A stretch of DNA of 64,000 nucleotides from Octopus vulgaris (lineage: Eukaryota). Under the pieces are notes generated by a model, which had not been told where the DNA came from, did no database searches, and was given only the letters and a program-made list of their open reading frames with translations. Within the stretch, counting starts at the first letter, position 1; every line of letters starts with the position of its first letter. A program made the translations under genes and the position numbers. Shown here in pieces: positions 13,395 through 28,060 of this stretch. The stretch spans positions 118,544,001 to 118,608,000 of the forward strand of contig OX597816.1 of NCBI GenBank assembly GCA_951406725.2, given 5' to 3'.

Positions 13395-14912
13395 TTAAAA
13401 GAAAAAGAAGGAAAGAGGGAAGAAAATTAGAGGATATGAGAATAGAGACAGAACTGTGTAAGAAACAGACAGTTGCCAACATTATTGAGACACTTTGCTA
13501 TATTCCGCTTATTTTTATACATGTTATGGTTAGTTAACCATTAAATTGATGGCTGTCTACTTGAAGGACCTATTAAAATATTTGCACCAATTTGAAGATA
13601 TTACTTATTTAAATGGAAACAAGAAGATAAAATGTTCCATAATGAGAATCAATGAAGAGAAAAACAAAAACAGGTGGGGAATTCCATTTCCAAATTTTAT
13701 TTTCATGCATCCTCAGTTCAAGATAAGAACTGACAAGGCTATTCCAGATATCTTCTAATCACTTATGTTATCTTATTTAATCTCAAATTTTGTTTTACAT
13801 TCATTCATTTTTTTTTCTCTCTCAATCTCCAAAGTATCAATTCCTATTTAACTTGGAAATGTTAACAAAGAGAATCACACAAGAGAAAAATATGCTAAAA
13901 TTAATAACTAAATTGAAAAATTAATTTCTAAATGAGAGAGAAAGAAATCAGGTGATTCAGTGCTAATTTTATTTTAATCTTCTTTCTCCAGAATCAATAT
14001 AAATAAGATGTATGTAGGGTGGGGGAATAGGAGAGAAGACACAATTACCATGAAAGTTTACATATTGATGTAAGCCTCCAAGGAGCCGAAAAGCATTTTC
14101 AAAGAATATCACTAGGTTCATAAACAGGGCATGTTTACCCCAAACATGATGGAGAGTGAGTGATAATAAAAAGGAAACAATCTATCAGATCATTTGGTTA
14201 CACTTTACTTGTGTTTCAACTACTTCAAATTTCGAAAGTAGAGAAAAAAGTAGGGAAGAAAATGTAAGTATATTTAGGAATCAACCCCAAGTGAAAATTA
14301 CTGTAAGCTGACAAAGACATGTATAGTTGATTTCACAATGACAAAAGTCCAAGAGAGCTACCAACCAATTACACAGAGGGAAGAAAGCAGCAGCAGAAAT
14401 AGTAGTCCAACTGCTTCCACTTCTACCTGTTTTTATCTAATCAATAGAAATTAAATTTCATTTGAGTTTTATTCAGATCATATGCTCAGTTTCATATATT
14501 TAAGTAGAAGAGCTAGGGTCAACGACCGACAAGATTAAGTAATAACAACAATAGCAATAATAACAATAACAACAACAATAATCTTATATGTGTGGTGGGG
14601 GGATAGAGAGAAAGGGAAGAGGAAGTCTATTCATTATGATTTTTGCACAGATCTTACATCACCTAATGGATAAAAGAATTTTCCCCCTCGTTTACTAATG
14701 AAGTCAATAACCTATAATCAGTCAGATCCAGCAGAAAGATTTCTAATACCAGGCTAGACATACAAATGCCAGACCCCTTCACTCCCTACTCATTATTTCC
14801 TATAATACTTGCTATGTTTTGATGTTTGCATACTTAAGAAGGATCTAGATAATTCAAAGTGGCACCATTAAAAAAAAAATGGCAAAAATAAATAAATAAG
14901 CCCTTAATGTAC

Positions 14913-15030
14913 CTCTGGATAACTGCTGAAGACTTTGTTTTCATGTTTGTATCATCATAAGAAAATTAAAACCACAAAGTTCATTCTTCTTCAGGCTATT
15001 GGCTACTGTTAGCTAGACAGTGTGAATGCA
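14913..15030 (-). other. Candidate spliced exon, non-coding or UTR
   Basis: Acceptor TTTTTCTTCTCTTAG| and donor GAG|GTACAT on the minus strand; stops in all three frames in its 5' part. Confidence 0.25.
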
Positions 15031-15904
15031 CTAAGAGAAGAAAAATAACTCAATTTATAAACTGAAATGGCATTGACCTCATATTTCCTTCTTTTTTTAA
15101 AAAAGTTTCATATGTAATCTTTTAACAATAACATTGTTGGTTACAGGTTTACACTGGATCAACCTATCACTGGTTTACTGTCTCGTTGATGGTGAGAGTG
15201 ACAAGAGAATGTGTAACTCAACAGAGAAAATAACCACCGTGTATTTTAATTTTTTTTATTCAAAAACACTGGTGTTGTTTTTCTCAATACAGCTTATATC
15301 TTTTTGCTTGCATGCACATGCATATATACACATACACACAAACACTCATAGCTTTTTATCAAACTTGATGTTGACCATCTCCTACAAGTGTGAACCCTTT
15401 TATGAATGTATATCCACATCCATTTTCTTCAACTACAGATCCTTTGATCTTGATTAAGAAAACCATAGAAGGGATTGTATTTCTTCTTCACAAATGTATG
15501 CATGATACCATGACAATGAACAGCTCTAAGGTCCAAGATCCATGATCCTCATTACAGGTGAAGTTACCTGCGATATTGGGGACGCATAATTCCTATTATC
15601 TCTATCTTCACTGAGGAAGAGACATATCCAATGGTAAGACAGGTTGCTAGAAATCCAGTCTGTCTGTGGCCGCTTTAAAGTGTAACCACCACAGCCTGTT
15701 TCATTTTCAGGGTACACTTCACTTTTCTTCAACTTACCCCAAAAGCAGTAGAGCAGTGCAGACAGATTGCCCCTACCATAGTCAGATAACCCAATCTACT
15801 CTTCTTCAAAAGATAGGTTCTTACAAGAACAAAGGGTTCAATCATTCTCTATGTGGTCTTACATTACATTCATCACCACTAAGTATTTCTATGTCCCCAT
15901 GAAA

Positions 15905-16120
15905 TATTGACTTCAAATTTTAGCACTAGCCTAGCAATTTCAGGGTGGACATAAGTCAGTTACATTGACCCCAGTACTTAACTAGTACTTATTTTATCGA
16001 CCCCAAAAGGATAAAAGGCAAGGTTGATTTCAGCAGAATTTGAACTCAGTATATGAAGACAGACAAAATGCTGCTAAACATTTTGCCTGGCACAGTAATG
16101 ATTCTGCCAGCTTGCTACTT
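15905..16120 (-). mobile_element. SINE family A
   Basis: Homologous to 1-168. Confidence 0.8.
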
Positions 16121-16944
16121 AATGTCCCCACTTAATGGTGGTTTAGTTATCAATGGTACAACCATGTAACAGTTCGTACTGAATTACATATTACTAATCA
16201 CACTCAAAGCAACCAGACTTATGCACAAACATACATGCACTCGTTTACACATACAGACTCACTTGCATGTATACTCTTTCTGTGTTGCAGAATACTACAT
16301 TCACTGTTAGTAAAGAATTTGACCAAGTTTTACCTTGAAAATAAAAGCCCTTTTAATCATCTGCAACCCTATTTTGCCTGTCAAGTTTGCCACAGCCTAC
16401 TATTTACTTGCAGTAGAATAAAAATGCATTCCCATTTTACATCTTCTGCAGATTGTAGCAATTTATTCTGTATTTTGTCTTCCACATTGGCTGGATCTAT
16501 ATTTTCTATAAGGCCAACAGAAAATTAGATCAGCTCTACATATCTTACTACAATAGCTATAACTTACACATTTGTGAAATCATTCACACACACATTCATT
16601 GAACCATAAATATCAAGCAAATTTGATCCAAAACACCAAGTAACTTCACTTATCTTGCAAAACAGAGAGCAACAACATCTTTTCTCTCAGAGAAATTGCT
16701 CCATTGTTAGAGAAGGAAAGGAGTGAATCCCATAAAAATATTTACAACTACATCTACCATTTCCAAAAGTAGATAATAAAGCATAATTTCTTGGATAATT
16801 AATATATTGATATGAATAGAGCATAAAAGATGATAGTTGATAATTCTATATTTAAAATTGGATAGTGGAAACATTTGGCAATGTAAAAGAAAACCTTCCA
16901 ATAGAAAAAGAAAAGTCATGGTAGCAACTTTAAGCTAATATCAA

Positions 16945-17148
16945 TTTCAAAATTTGACACAAGGCCAGTAATATTGTGGGTGGGGTAAGTCAATTACATC
17001 AACCCCAGTGCTCAACTTTATCGACCCCAAAAGGGAAAACGGCAAAGTTGACCTTGGTGGAATTTGAACTCAGAACATAAAGCCGGACAAAATAATGCCG
17101 CTAAGCATTTTGTCTGGTATTCTACTGATTCTGCCAGCTCACCACCTT
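16945..17148 (-). mobile_element. SINE family A
   Basis: Homologous to 1-168. Confidence 0.8.
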
Positions 17149-18249
17149 ATTTTAAGATAAAATTCCAAAGAGGAAAAAGCAATGTCTGTCATAGATATTT
17201 GTTAATTTTCATAGATATCTGAAAACTCAGAGCACTTAACTAGATATCACACTTCATTTACTGTGGCATAATGGTGCAGATTAAATTAATGAATAAATAT
17301 AATGAAGTTATGAGTTTCATTATATTTCAGCACCAACAACTGATGATACTCTATCCATCCATCTTCACTATTCCTGGGAGAATCAAGTGGGTAGAGTCCT
17401 CAGGCATTTCTTTCATAGGGTCCTATCAGAAGCAACCATCATTCCATCATTACACTTTCCAACCAGACACCCGACCAACTGAAACTATAATCCAGCCATC
17501 TCATTCTTGGTCTATCCCTAGGTCTCCTGCTGAATCGCTCAGCTTGAAGAGTCTACTTTGCAATTCTTTCCTAAAACTATTCAATAAAAACTAAAAAATG
17601 TGTCTGCTATCAGACAAAATTGGCAGGCAAATCAGTAGAGTGCTCAAGCCTCTTGTTGAGGAAAACTACCTGACAATAGCCACCTACCTGGCAGTTTGTC
17701 TATGGGTATCATTGTAGTACATAATACTATGCTCTTCATTTTAACTGTACTATGATTATTCATTCATACAACATACCATGGTGATCATACTACACCTACA
17801 CTGCTGACCACCTGCCATTACAGGTACCCAACTGCAGCTGCCATCAACCATCCTGTGTAGATGGAAACGCACCACTGGGTTTCCAATTGTGTGGATGCAC
17901 CTTAACCAACACTAGTCATTTATCGGTCATTATATCATCAGTATTTAATAAAGAATCTATAAAAGTGAAGCTCTTTATTATAATGCTCCTTTTCTATGAG
18001 CTGTAGTGTTTGCATGTTTTAAAAATATTTTACCCCTAAGACAACATTAAAAAATATTTACCATTAGTAAAAAGTAAACAAATATATATCAGCATCCATG
18101 TTTGCTTTGGAAAAAATGTAAAGTGAAAAATGGTATTTGGTAAAAATTGAATGAATTAAAATTTCATGTAAGTGAACAATAAAAATTACAAAAGAAAAAA
18201 CTGTAAATCTTTAAAAATCCTGTCTAGTAAAACAGTCAAAAGCATTTTA

Positions 18250-18910
18250 TTCATCTTCAAATCCTCAAATTCATCATTACTGAATTCATTATCAGGCTCT
18301 AAATCACTACGGGAGAAATCATCATCATCAACATCATCAATGTCACAAATTTGTCTTCATTGCAATCCAAAGTATTAGTGATATCACATTTTTTAAAAGA
18401 CTAAACAAAAAATAACTTCAGTATTAATATCAAACCATGACTTCAGTACCCATTCACACACTTAAGATATTGATTGAGCAGTTTATTCTTTTAGTAGGCA
18501 TCACGTCACGATTCCCATCTGTCATCCATTTATTTCCAATGCTCCCTCATGTTATTCTTAAACGGCTCATTAATGCTGACATCTAGTGGCTGTAACTGGA
18601 AAGTCACATCACCAGGAATTACTGCCAGCTGCATATGTGTGTGGCTTCTTTGCAAGCATTTTGATGTTTTCAGACCTTTGAGCATTAAAGTAATACAGAG
18701 AATATTCTCATAGCAGACCACAAGGACACTTAGACCACATCTTTTCCAACCATATCTTGACACTTTCTTCATCCATCCCTCTCCCACATTATACAATGAC
18801 ATAAATTCCATTTAGCAGTTTCCTTTCGCAAAGTTTTTTTCTTGAACATTAACAACAGTAATAGTTTGGTCTTGTTGGCTCAACAAGATAAAGCTACTGT
18901 GTGATGCTGT
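18250..18910 (-). pseudogene. Decayed pogo/Tigger-family DDE transposase
   Basis: ORF 18530-18811 contains LAVIPGDVTFQLQPLDVSINEPFK (pogo QPLD motif); downstream WV..SW...SFKKCDI.N-like motif and acidic tail; frameshifts. Confidence 0.8.
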
Positions 18911-18949
18911 ATACATTTATTAGCATTTTATCAAATGGTACATCAACAG

Positions 18950-19160
18950 CCAAATAAATTTTGAAATATACTGTCTTTATTTCAATTAATTTGGAAAATT
19001 TGGAAAAATTTTTAAATAAAATACTTTTGTCACTATTAATCTGGCATTTGGAACAAATTAACATGAAATTTTGATAGATTATTAATTTAAACCACTTTAA
19101 AACAGGAAGCTTGAATCATAGAAGAAGGAGCAGTCTCAGGCAGGTTGGTATCAAAATGGC
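18950..19160 (-). mobile_element. MITE family E, degenerate
   Basis: Ends CAGGCAGGTTGGTATCAAAA, the reverse complement of the family E start. Confidence 0.55.
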
Positions 19161-19582
19161 TAAATTTCCTTCAAATAATAGCATTTTATTCAATTTTCTT
19201 TATAATTACTTCAGCTAATCTAATAAACAAACTATCAACCAGCTTGAAACAGTACACAGATGCCTGTCAAATCATATCCAGCTATTTTAGATGGAAACCT
19301 AGAAACAATAAACATTAAGATGGGAAGGTCACACTTAGAACATTTGATCAAAGGCCAGCTTGGTCAATTCTGACTTGGATCTGAGCAACAACAACTATTT
19401 CTACTGACAAGGGTGGGCTCCAATTTCTTGCTGTTGATAAGTTGCTGTTGTGCTGTTTCTGTTATTAAAAAAAAACAGCTTCTATTCCTCTGGATTGCTT
19501 TTATATGCCCCATTCTATTATCAATACTAATCATCTTATTAGACCTCATCAGTGAAGAAAAGTCTAATCAAAACCATCTTAA

Positions 19583-19782
19583 CTCTTTAGCATTTAAGCC
19601 AGCTGTATCCAGCCCAAATATTCTACCTGTTTTACATTCAAATTGGCCAAATCCAACTTCTTTCACCTACCTACAATGTCAATCTAAAAATATTCAATGG
19701 CATCATCAAAATTTTCAAAATACAAGAAAATTCACAATGTAAATAAAAAAAAAACATTACATTTCACAGAGTAATCTCAATA
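19583..19782 (-). mobile_element. MITE family D
   Basis: TTAA|CTCTTTAGCATTTAA; reverse complement of the family D body. Confidence 0.65.
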
Positions 19783-21308
19783 GTTACCCACAGGCCAAAC
19801 GCTATCCTTATATGTTCTGCCTTGTTAATAAATTACAATAAGCTCTAGTGCATTGATTTTCCAGGCAGCCTATGATGTTGTTAAGTCTGCCCTCGTGATT
19901 GCTAGATCTTAAAATGACTAGAAAGACAGAGACTTTGTTTCATAATTGAACTTGAAAATTTCTTAGAGAAGCCAGGTGCATGGAAACTTAACAGCAAAAT
20001 GGAAGATATTATATTTGATATAGTAACCCAAGAAATTATGCCCTTAATTGTGAATGCTAAAGCCACCTGTTGCTAAATATATTTGTAAGGGGCTTCTTAT
20101 CAGGGAAAAAAATTGTGTGCGTGTGTGTATGCATGTGTATAATGAACATGTATGCAACACTTGCATTACCTTGACAATGAAAACTAGTTCAGAGACAGAC
20201 AGAAGCAATAATTGACAAAATAGAGAATTGACAAAACAAAGAAACTGACAGACAGATAAGCAGACAGAGAGGCAGGCAGGTAGATATTCAATTAAACAAC
20301 CATATTGTCTAATTTCAGCTTCCTTGAAGACAGAATGACTATGCATTGTTATCTCTACAAATTACTTTGACAGATGAAGAAATTAACATTCACACTTGTT
20401 TAGCTTCTCAGAATATTGAATAAATACATACATATGTATATGCACACATATATACGTGTGTATGTGTGAAATTATTACTCCTATTGATAGATTGGAAGAT
20501 TGGTTAGAGTATCAGTCAATATGCCTTGTGATGTTTCTTCTCAGCCTACATTCTGAGCTTTGTTCCCATCAAGGTCAATTTTGCCTTTCATCCTTCTGAT
20601 GGGGGTCATAAAATTAAGTACCAGGCAAGAACCATGATCAATTTTACCAACTAACCTCCAACCCTTGAAACTGCTAACCAACTTCCTAAATTAGAAATTA
20701 TTTTTATAACACACACACACACACTGGTGAACCTCTCACCCACACTCCCCAATCCATGTTCACTTACTGCATTCCCCTCTATCCCCATCTCCATCAATCT
20801 GCCACTCTCCTTTCACACTATCACCAACTTAGTTATCTCTGTCCAATCCTCTGAAACATTTCTCTTATATTCACCTGAGGGTATGCCTTGACACATTTTT
20901 ACCCATGTCTTTTCTCTAACTAGGATAGCCATGTATCTCCTCCACAGCAAGAGACTTGTACTAGTCCCTTTATCAACACCTGGTATAAAGCCACAGCCCC
21001 AGTAATACACTTTAATGCCAGTGCAGCATAAATAAAAAAACACCCAGTACACACAGTGGTGTTTTGCATTGGAAAGGGCATCCAGTTGTGGAAACCATGC
21101 CAAAGTATACACTGGAGATTGCAGTCCTTTGGCTTGCCAGCTGCTCTTCAACTGTCCAACCCATGCCAGCATGAAAAATGTATATTGAATGGTAATGATA
21201 TTCATACTTATATACATATTTTTCTAAATATCTCTCTTTCGAAGTAGCTGCAAGTGAAATGATTTTACCACACCATGCCAAGAATCTCTTCCCCTTTTAG
21301 CTTTAGTA

Positions 21309-21703
21309 GGCACAGGCATGATTGTGTGGTAAGGAGCTTGCTCCCCAACCACATGGTTCTGGGCCCAGTCATTTGCATGGCAACTTGGGTAAGTGTCTTC
21401 TACTATAACTTCAGGCCAAACAAAGTCTTGTGAGTGGATTTCGTCAATGGAAACTGAAGGAAGCCCATTGTATATGTTTATATATATAATATATTTATGT
21501 GTGTGTCTTTGTATTTGTATTTGTTCCCCACCACCACTTAACAACCAGTGTTGGTATGTTTACCCTATCAGTCTTAGCAAAAGAGACTAATAGAATAAGT
21601 ACCAGGGTTAAAAAAGTAAGTCCTGGGGTTGATTTATTTGACCAAAACCTTTCAAGGTGGTGCTCCAGTATGGCAACAGTCAAATGACTGTTAAGATAAA
21701 AGA
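21309..21703 (+). mobile_element. SINE family B, full length
   Basis: Head, internal microsatellite and tail all present. Confidence 0.85.
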
Positions 21704-21818
21704 TGGTAGGTCCTCAATGGCACCCTCTCTCCCCCTTTCACGTCTAATTGCAATAATGTAGTTAAATAGTCTACTGGGGTGTGAGATTCTCCAAAATATA
21801 ACATCTATGGTGGCAGAG

Positions 21819-21850
<32 letters not shown>

Positions 21851-21854
21851 ACGA

Positions 21855-22010
21855 CAGGCTTCTTTCAGTTTCCGTCTACCAAATCCACTCAAAAGGCTTT
21901 ATTGGACCTGAGGCTATAGCAGAACACACTTGCCCAAGGTACCACGCAGTGGGACTGAACCCAGAACCATGTGGTTGGTAAGTAAGCTACTTACCACACA
22001 GCCACTCCAG
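21855..22010 (-). mobile_element. SINE B head
   Basis: Well-preserved reverse complement of the B 5' half next to (CA)n. Confidence 0.8.
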
Positions 22011-22619
22011 CATCTATATGTGTGTATATTTTATTAAAAACCTGCCCACACTAATCAAGCAGTACTTACACTTCTGACTTTAAAAGACTTGAAAATCCAG
22101 AGATAAACATAACCATAACCTCCATCCACCATTAATACAACCACTACTGCCACTGCTAGAATTTCTATTTGATTTATTTTAATTTTTGCAAGCTAATAAT
22201 GATTTATATAGCGTTGTAGAGTAGCTCACAGCTAGTCTCAGCCCACTTAGATTCAGCTGCCTGGTGTGCCATCACTCTCATGGGCTAGAGTAATGATGCC
22301 CACTCAATTCTCCACATGATTTTATATCACTTATGCTGGAAACCACTCAATATTTAATTAGTGTTCAATAGTAAATTCAAACTTTCGATGGAAGATATGT
22401 GCGGAATATAAAGTAGTTAGTTCGAAGAAAACAGGATTTACATACAGCGTTGTTCAATAAATACATAAGTCTTTAAAAAAAAAAAACTTTTAAAGCCACA
22501 ACCATGAGAATTACAAGAAAGCATATTAAATCAGTTTTATGTTCTAAAAATATACTTTCAATCTCATTCTTCTTTAAATACATGCCACAATATCTTCTAG
22601 GTGACAAACAATGCCACAC

Positions 22620-22972
22620 ACCTTTTTTATTTTTATTTATTCCCTTGTTTTAGTCATTTAATGGCAGACATGCTGAAGAGCCACCTTACTCTTTGTAAGC
22701 CTGGTACTCTCTTTTACTTAACTGCTAAGCTATGGGGACATAAACACACCAACATTAGTTGTCAAGTGATGATGGTGGGGACAAACACAAACACACACAC
22801 ACACACACACAACAGGTTTCTTTCAGTTTTAGTCTACTAAATCCACTCACAAGGCTTTGGTCAGCCCGAGGCTATAGTAGAAGACACTTGCCCAAGGTGC
22901 CATGCAGTGGGACTGAACCCAGAACCATGTGGTTGGGGAAGCAAGCTTTTTACCACACAGCCATGCCTGCAC
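22620..22972 (-). mobile_element. SINE family B
   Basis: Reverse-complement copy. Confidence 0.8.
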
Positions 22973-23079
22973 CTAAAAAAATATCACTTGAGGTTCCAGT
23001 GAGTATATGAAATCTGGACATTACCGTCATGCAAAATTCTTAATGTAAGGCAATTTATTCTACTCACCATATTCAACCT

Positions 23080-23452
23080 ATCATCATCATTTAGTGTTCA
23101 CTTTTTTATGCTTGCATTAGCTAGATGGTGTTTATTTAAGACAGATTATTTTAAGACCAAATGCTCTTCCTGTTGCCAATCCTTGCCTGTTCCCAAGCAA
23201 GATAAATATTTCCCCATGGCCAGATATGTTGGCAAAGAACAGTGAAAACGAATAACACTGCTTGTATGACAAGAATCATTTACAATTATCAAGCAATGTC
23301 AAAACAAAGATGGACACACACATTATAGGCTTCTTTCGGTTTCCTCTCAACCAAATCTATTCATATGCCTTTGGTCAGCCTGGGGCTATATTAGACTGAA
23401 CCTGGAACCATGTGGTTGGGAAGCAAACTTCTTACCACACAGCCACACCTAT
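23080..23452 (-). mobile_element. Composite SINE B/G
   Basis: Same architecture as 9140-9545. Confidence 0.65.
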
Positions 23453-25252
23453 ACCTATATGATAACAAAAATGAAAAGAACACTTCCTAATCACCAAAGT
23501 GGCTTATTCCAGAATTGTTGCAAAGCTCTGGTTTCCTTGTAGTAGGTAGAGGAGAATTGACTTTCATAGGTGACCTGGTATCTATTCTCACTAGACAGGT
23601 AAATTGAGGTAATATTTATTAATAATGTGTTCTGTACAAAAACACAAATTAATTGCAACAGATTTGAACTCAAATACTTGGGGCAGGTGATCCAACAGAT
23701 AACATTACTACTTCACATTTGAGTGGAGGTGGTGGTAGTTGCAGTGACAGCAGGGGCGATTGCTTAGTTCCAGATCAGAACTGATTCAGCAGACTTTGAC
23801 CACTCCGACTTACCTCATATGCAAGGAACCCAGAACCACATCAACTAATATGTCCAGAGGTAGATTTGACAGCTCATTTTCACAGGTTAAAAGACCACAA
23901 AGAAACTCCCTTGATAGCCCAGCCAGATAAGAAATTCTTATAAATATTTGAATTTACAGAATTATCCACTCTATGGTAACATTGAGAAAATGACTACAAA
24001 AACCATTAACTAAATCTAAGAGAAAATTTGTAATGACTTTATATTTTTACATTTTTAAGAAATTCCCCATTTTTTAAACATTAGTGATAACTTCCTATTC
24101 ATTTTCTTGCTTCAATGAAAAAAGAAAAACAGGAATGAAATGCAACAGACTTTGTAGAAATCATTAACTGTGTCTTAATTTAATACAATGTATTGAGAAA
24201 GGAAAAAAAAAAAAGATACATAAACAAAAGTGAAAGCCATCAGCTTCAAATAGTTCTCAGAGTATAGCAATAGAAATGTAGAAATGCAGGTAGGTTCCTA
24301 ACTTGATTGCCAGTTCCATTGGTCAAAATGAATAAATAAATAATAAACTCTTATATCTATAATCATCATTGATTATTTTGGTAAATCTCAAACAAAAACA
24401 TAATAGGGAAAGAAATGGGGGCAGCAGTAGGAGGTGGAGATGAGGAAGAGAGAGAGATTTCAGTTACTTATTCATCACTTAATAGCAGAAGCTTAAGTTC
24501 TGTGATGGACCTCTCTGATGGATATTGGCAGAATAAGTAACAGGATGTATTTATTTACTGAATGAAATATATATAAAAAAAAACAATCAGTTTAAACAAA
24601 CCAATTCAAAAAGACATGTCCATAACACATTTTCCCAAAATTCTTAACTAGACATTGTAATATCATAATAGGAAATTGACATGGAACTGAAGTGAGAAAA
24701 TATTTCCATTGTAGTATGAAAGAGATATGAATCTTAAAATACAAAAAAGCATGAAACATTCTTCTTGTCCTTTGTTATTAAAGCAAGTGGGCAAGTTGAA
24801 CGAGTGTAAAAATCTCAACCAAAGATTTCAACAATTCATACCATTTAATTGGCACTTTACATCCAAAGCTAAAAAACACTTCACTGTCTGTGATTCAATA
24901 TCATATATAGGTACAACGGTAGCTTAGATTGCAGTACTGAGTTCAAGGACTCACTTGCACAACCAAAAAGAAGTCATGCAGTGTATTACATCTCAGAGAC
25001 TGAACAATAATAATCAGTAGAATCACACTGAAGTTCAATCTACCAAAAGAAAAAGAAAAAAGCAGTTGAAAAGAACCAATCCAGTTACAGGCCAACAAAG
25101 AAACAAAAAAGCATCTATATGGTTGCACCACCTGCAAGAAATAGTAGTTGAATCTCCCATCAAAAAAAAAAAAGACGCATTGGAAAATGTTGTCCTTGGA
25201 AAGCTAACAGCTTGAACTTCTTTGATCTTATGTCTGTTCAAACAGTGCTTAA

Positions 25253-25462
25253 CCCTTCCGTTACCAACCAGGCTGAAACTGGCTCTGAGTACAAATATCT
25301 TGTTTTCAGAAGTTTTTAATTAAAATCTTTCACCAAACCTTTGTCGCAATTTATGTTCCTAAAACTAGCTGAATGATAAGTTATTTTACTAAATTCTTTG
25401 TTATAGTTAAAGTAACTGAAAGAAACACAGAGCATCTCAAAATAAATACAGTAACAAAAGGG
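25253..25462 (+). mobile_element. piggyBac-type MITE family E
   Basis: TTAA|CCCTTCCGTTAC ... GTAACAAAAGGG|TTAA. Confidence 0.85.
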
Positions 25463-25873
25463 TTAAGTAAGCAAAATAAATCTCACTTTTTATATTAATG
25501 TAGTAAGGCCAGTACCAAATATAATGCAGCAGGAAAAAAACACCACATATCAAAACAAAAAATGTAAGTAATAACAGTTTCTTGTTTTTGCTTTTTTTAA
25601 ATATAATTTTATTTATTTTATTGTATCTAGAACAGTAAATGGAAAAAAAACAGTAGAATGCTAAACTATATAAATGTCTTTAAAAATATTTAGTTTTTGT
25701 CTCTTTCTGTTCAGGGATCAAAATCTATCTGAGAGCCAAATCTGCTGCTCCTTTTTCAAAGGAAGAGTGGGATGTGTGAACGAAATAAGTACAGCCAAGT
25801 ACTGCTTTTAATTAAAACTTGCAGCTGTGAGAGTTAAAATTCTTTATAGAGGGGAACAGCAAAAATATATTAA

Positions 25874-26099
25874 ACCTTTAGCATTTAAACAAGCCATATC
25901 AAGTTCAATTACTCCATCTGTTTTATGTTCAAACCGTCCAGATCTGGCCTCTCACACCTACCCTTCAATGTCATTCTAAAAATAAAAATAAACAATTGCA
26001 TATTTGAAATCTTGACGCTACAAGATAATGCATGATGAATTGAAAATAATGTGAATATATGAGCATTGTGTTTGACAGAGTAATCTAAATGCTAAAGAG
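25874..26099 (-). mobile_element. piggyBac-type MITE family D
   Basis: TTAA|ACCTTTAGCATT ... AATGCTAAAGAG|TTAA. Confidence 0.8.
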
Positions 26100-26488
26100 T
26101 TAAGAGTGGATTTTATTTTTGCCCTTCTGCATTTGGACTTCAAATCATGCTGGGAATGACCTTGCTTTTCTTCCTTCTTCTGGTTATGATAAAAATACTG
26201 ATCATGTACTGAACTGACTATACCCCGACACTACAAAAATGTGCCCTTGTACCAATGTAAGCAACTATTATTTACATTCATCAATAATAAAGAAATTAAG
26301 CTAACCATTGGTCCCAAAGACTGCATGCTTTCACAGAACCATAAACGGTTTCCTACACAGGCACAAAGCCACAAGTTTTATGGTTGGTGTTTGCTGTGAA
26401 CACAAACTGCACTGCTTGAATCACCAGATCATCCTCCCTTTGTTCTGTTTTGTTTTTTTAAGTATTTATGTCACATTGTGTTGGTGAT

Positions 26489-26773
26489 TTATAAATGATC
26501 TATATGTAGAATTGATGATATAGAATGCACTGTTTCATGTTCTAAGTGGCTTATTGGGGAAATGTTAGGCAAAGGACATAAAAGAGTGGCATAATCCATG
26601 ATGGATCTAATGTATTGTTTGTACACTAATGTTGTTGCTCTTTGTGTTGACCAGATGTGATGCATATGAGTGCTCTGAATATATTTGTGCACCACTTTGC
26701 CTTTTTTGTTGTCTGTGAATGTTGTAGAAGTATTGAACAAAACTCCTAATATTCTCTTCTTATATGTGTGCAT
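26489..26773 (-). pseudogene. Decayed non-LTR retrotransposon RT C-terminal fragment
   Basis: ILGVLF...TF and TLVYKQYIRSIMDYA resemble the LGV.F and YK..IRS.LDY motifs after LINE RT domains. Confidence 0.55.
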
Positions 26774-28028
26774 AGAATTTTTATTTTGTTACATATGATT
26801 GTTCATACCATTTGATGATCTCTACTAGAACTGATCCACTTCGAAATTATCTTAGCCACAGATGCAATGAAATGGTGGTGACAAGATACAAATAACTAAT
26901 CTTGGTTTGTTATCCATTACTACATCAGCAAAACTATTTTTGCACTCTGTAATTTTCTACATTGATATTTAACTGAACACTAAGATGACAGAACATTAAC
27001 AATCTTGACCAAAGATTCTTCTAATAACTGACATTATTGAGCTGGATTTTCTTCACTTAAATATACCTGTTTTCTGTTAAATGCAAATCCAAGGTCTTTA
27101 TCAATGGTATTAGCATAGTAACACATAGATACACAAGTAAATTATCTTAGAAATGGAATCAAAGCAAGTCAGACTATATTAGAGGCTTTTTTTCAAAGAT
27201 CTTTCAACACAAATCTAATACATAATTACTTTTCATTTGTTATTTTTTTCTAGTTAAAGTCTTTTCAAGTTATTTGTCAAGAAGGGTAACATCTCTACAA
27301 TGAAATTAACAGTGGATTTAAACAAACCTGCCTACCCACTCACTAGAAATATTCCAATTTTCATACCGAAGCATAAACAGGTAGAAGTACAACAACTGAT
27401 ATCCAAATGAGATGAGAAGTGATATGAATCCAACTTCTAGTAACAAAGTAATACATAACTTTATTATATCAAAATGGCCCAGGGTGAGCAGGTTCAAATG
27501 ACTAAGTTACCATCAGAGTTCTAGATATAAACAAAGACTAAAAGTGAAGAAACTATGATGTTAATTGTTTGTTTCAAAAATAATAATGGAGAGACAGAAT
27601 CCAAAATAAAACTTTTTTTTAAAAAATGAACATTTCTTAAATTATATACATTTACAGAGACCTACAACCAACGTTAGTTTCTAAACAAAGGAAAAGCACT
27701 CCAGAATTAAAACGCTACTTACAGTTTAGCAGAGTATACCAGAAGTGATACAAAAACTAAGGAAACTGATCTCACATGGGTACCAATCTTTTGTTATGCT
27801 TGTGTGTGTGCGTGTGAGTGTGTGTTCACACATGTACACATACCAGACAAAGGAAGTGTTGAGTATGTAACAAAGAGCTCAGTATATACTCTGTACTTGT
27901 CAGTATTAGCAACAAAGAAGTTTCCAAGTAGGAAAGGGAGAATATAGCAAATATATAGTTATTTATAGCAACACAACTGAACAAAGACATAGGGTATGTA
28001 TGTATATGTGTGTGTGTGTGTGTGTATG

Positions 28029-28060
<32 letters not shown>

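Noticed and set aside
16333-16505. Possible minus-strand coding exon (ENIDPANVEDKIQNKLLQSAEDVKW...)
   Set aside because: The frame stops before the best donor and no homologue is recognised; too weak to call
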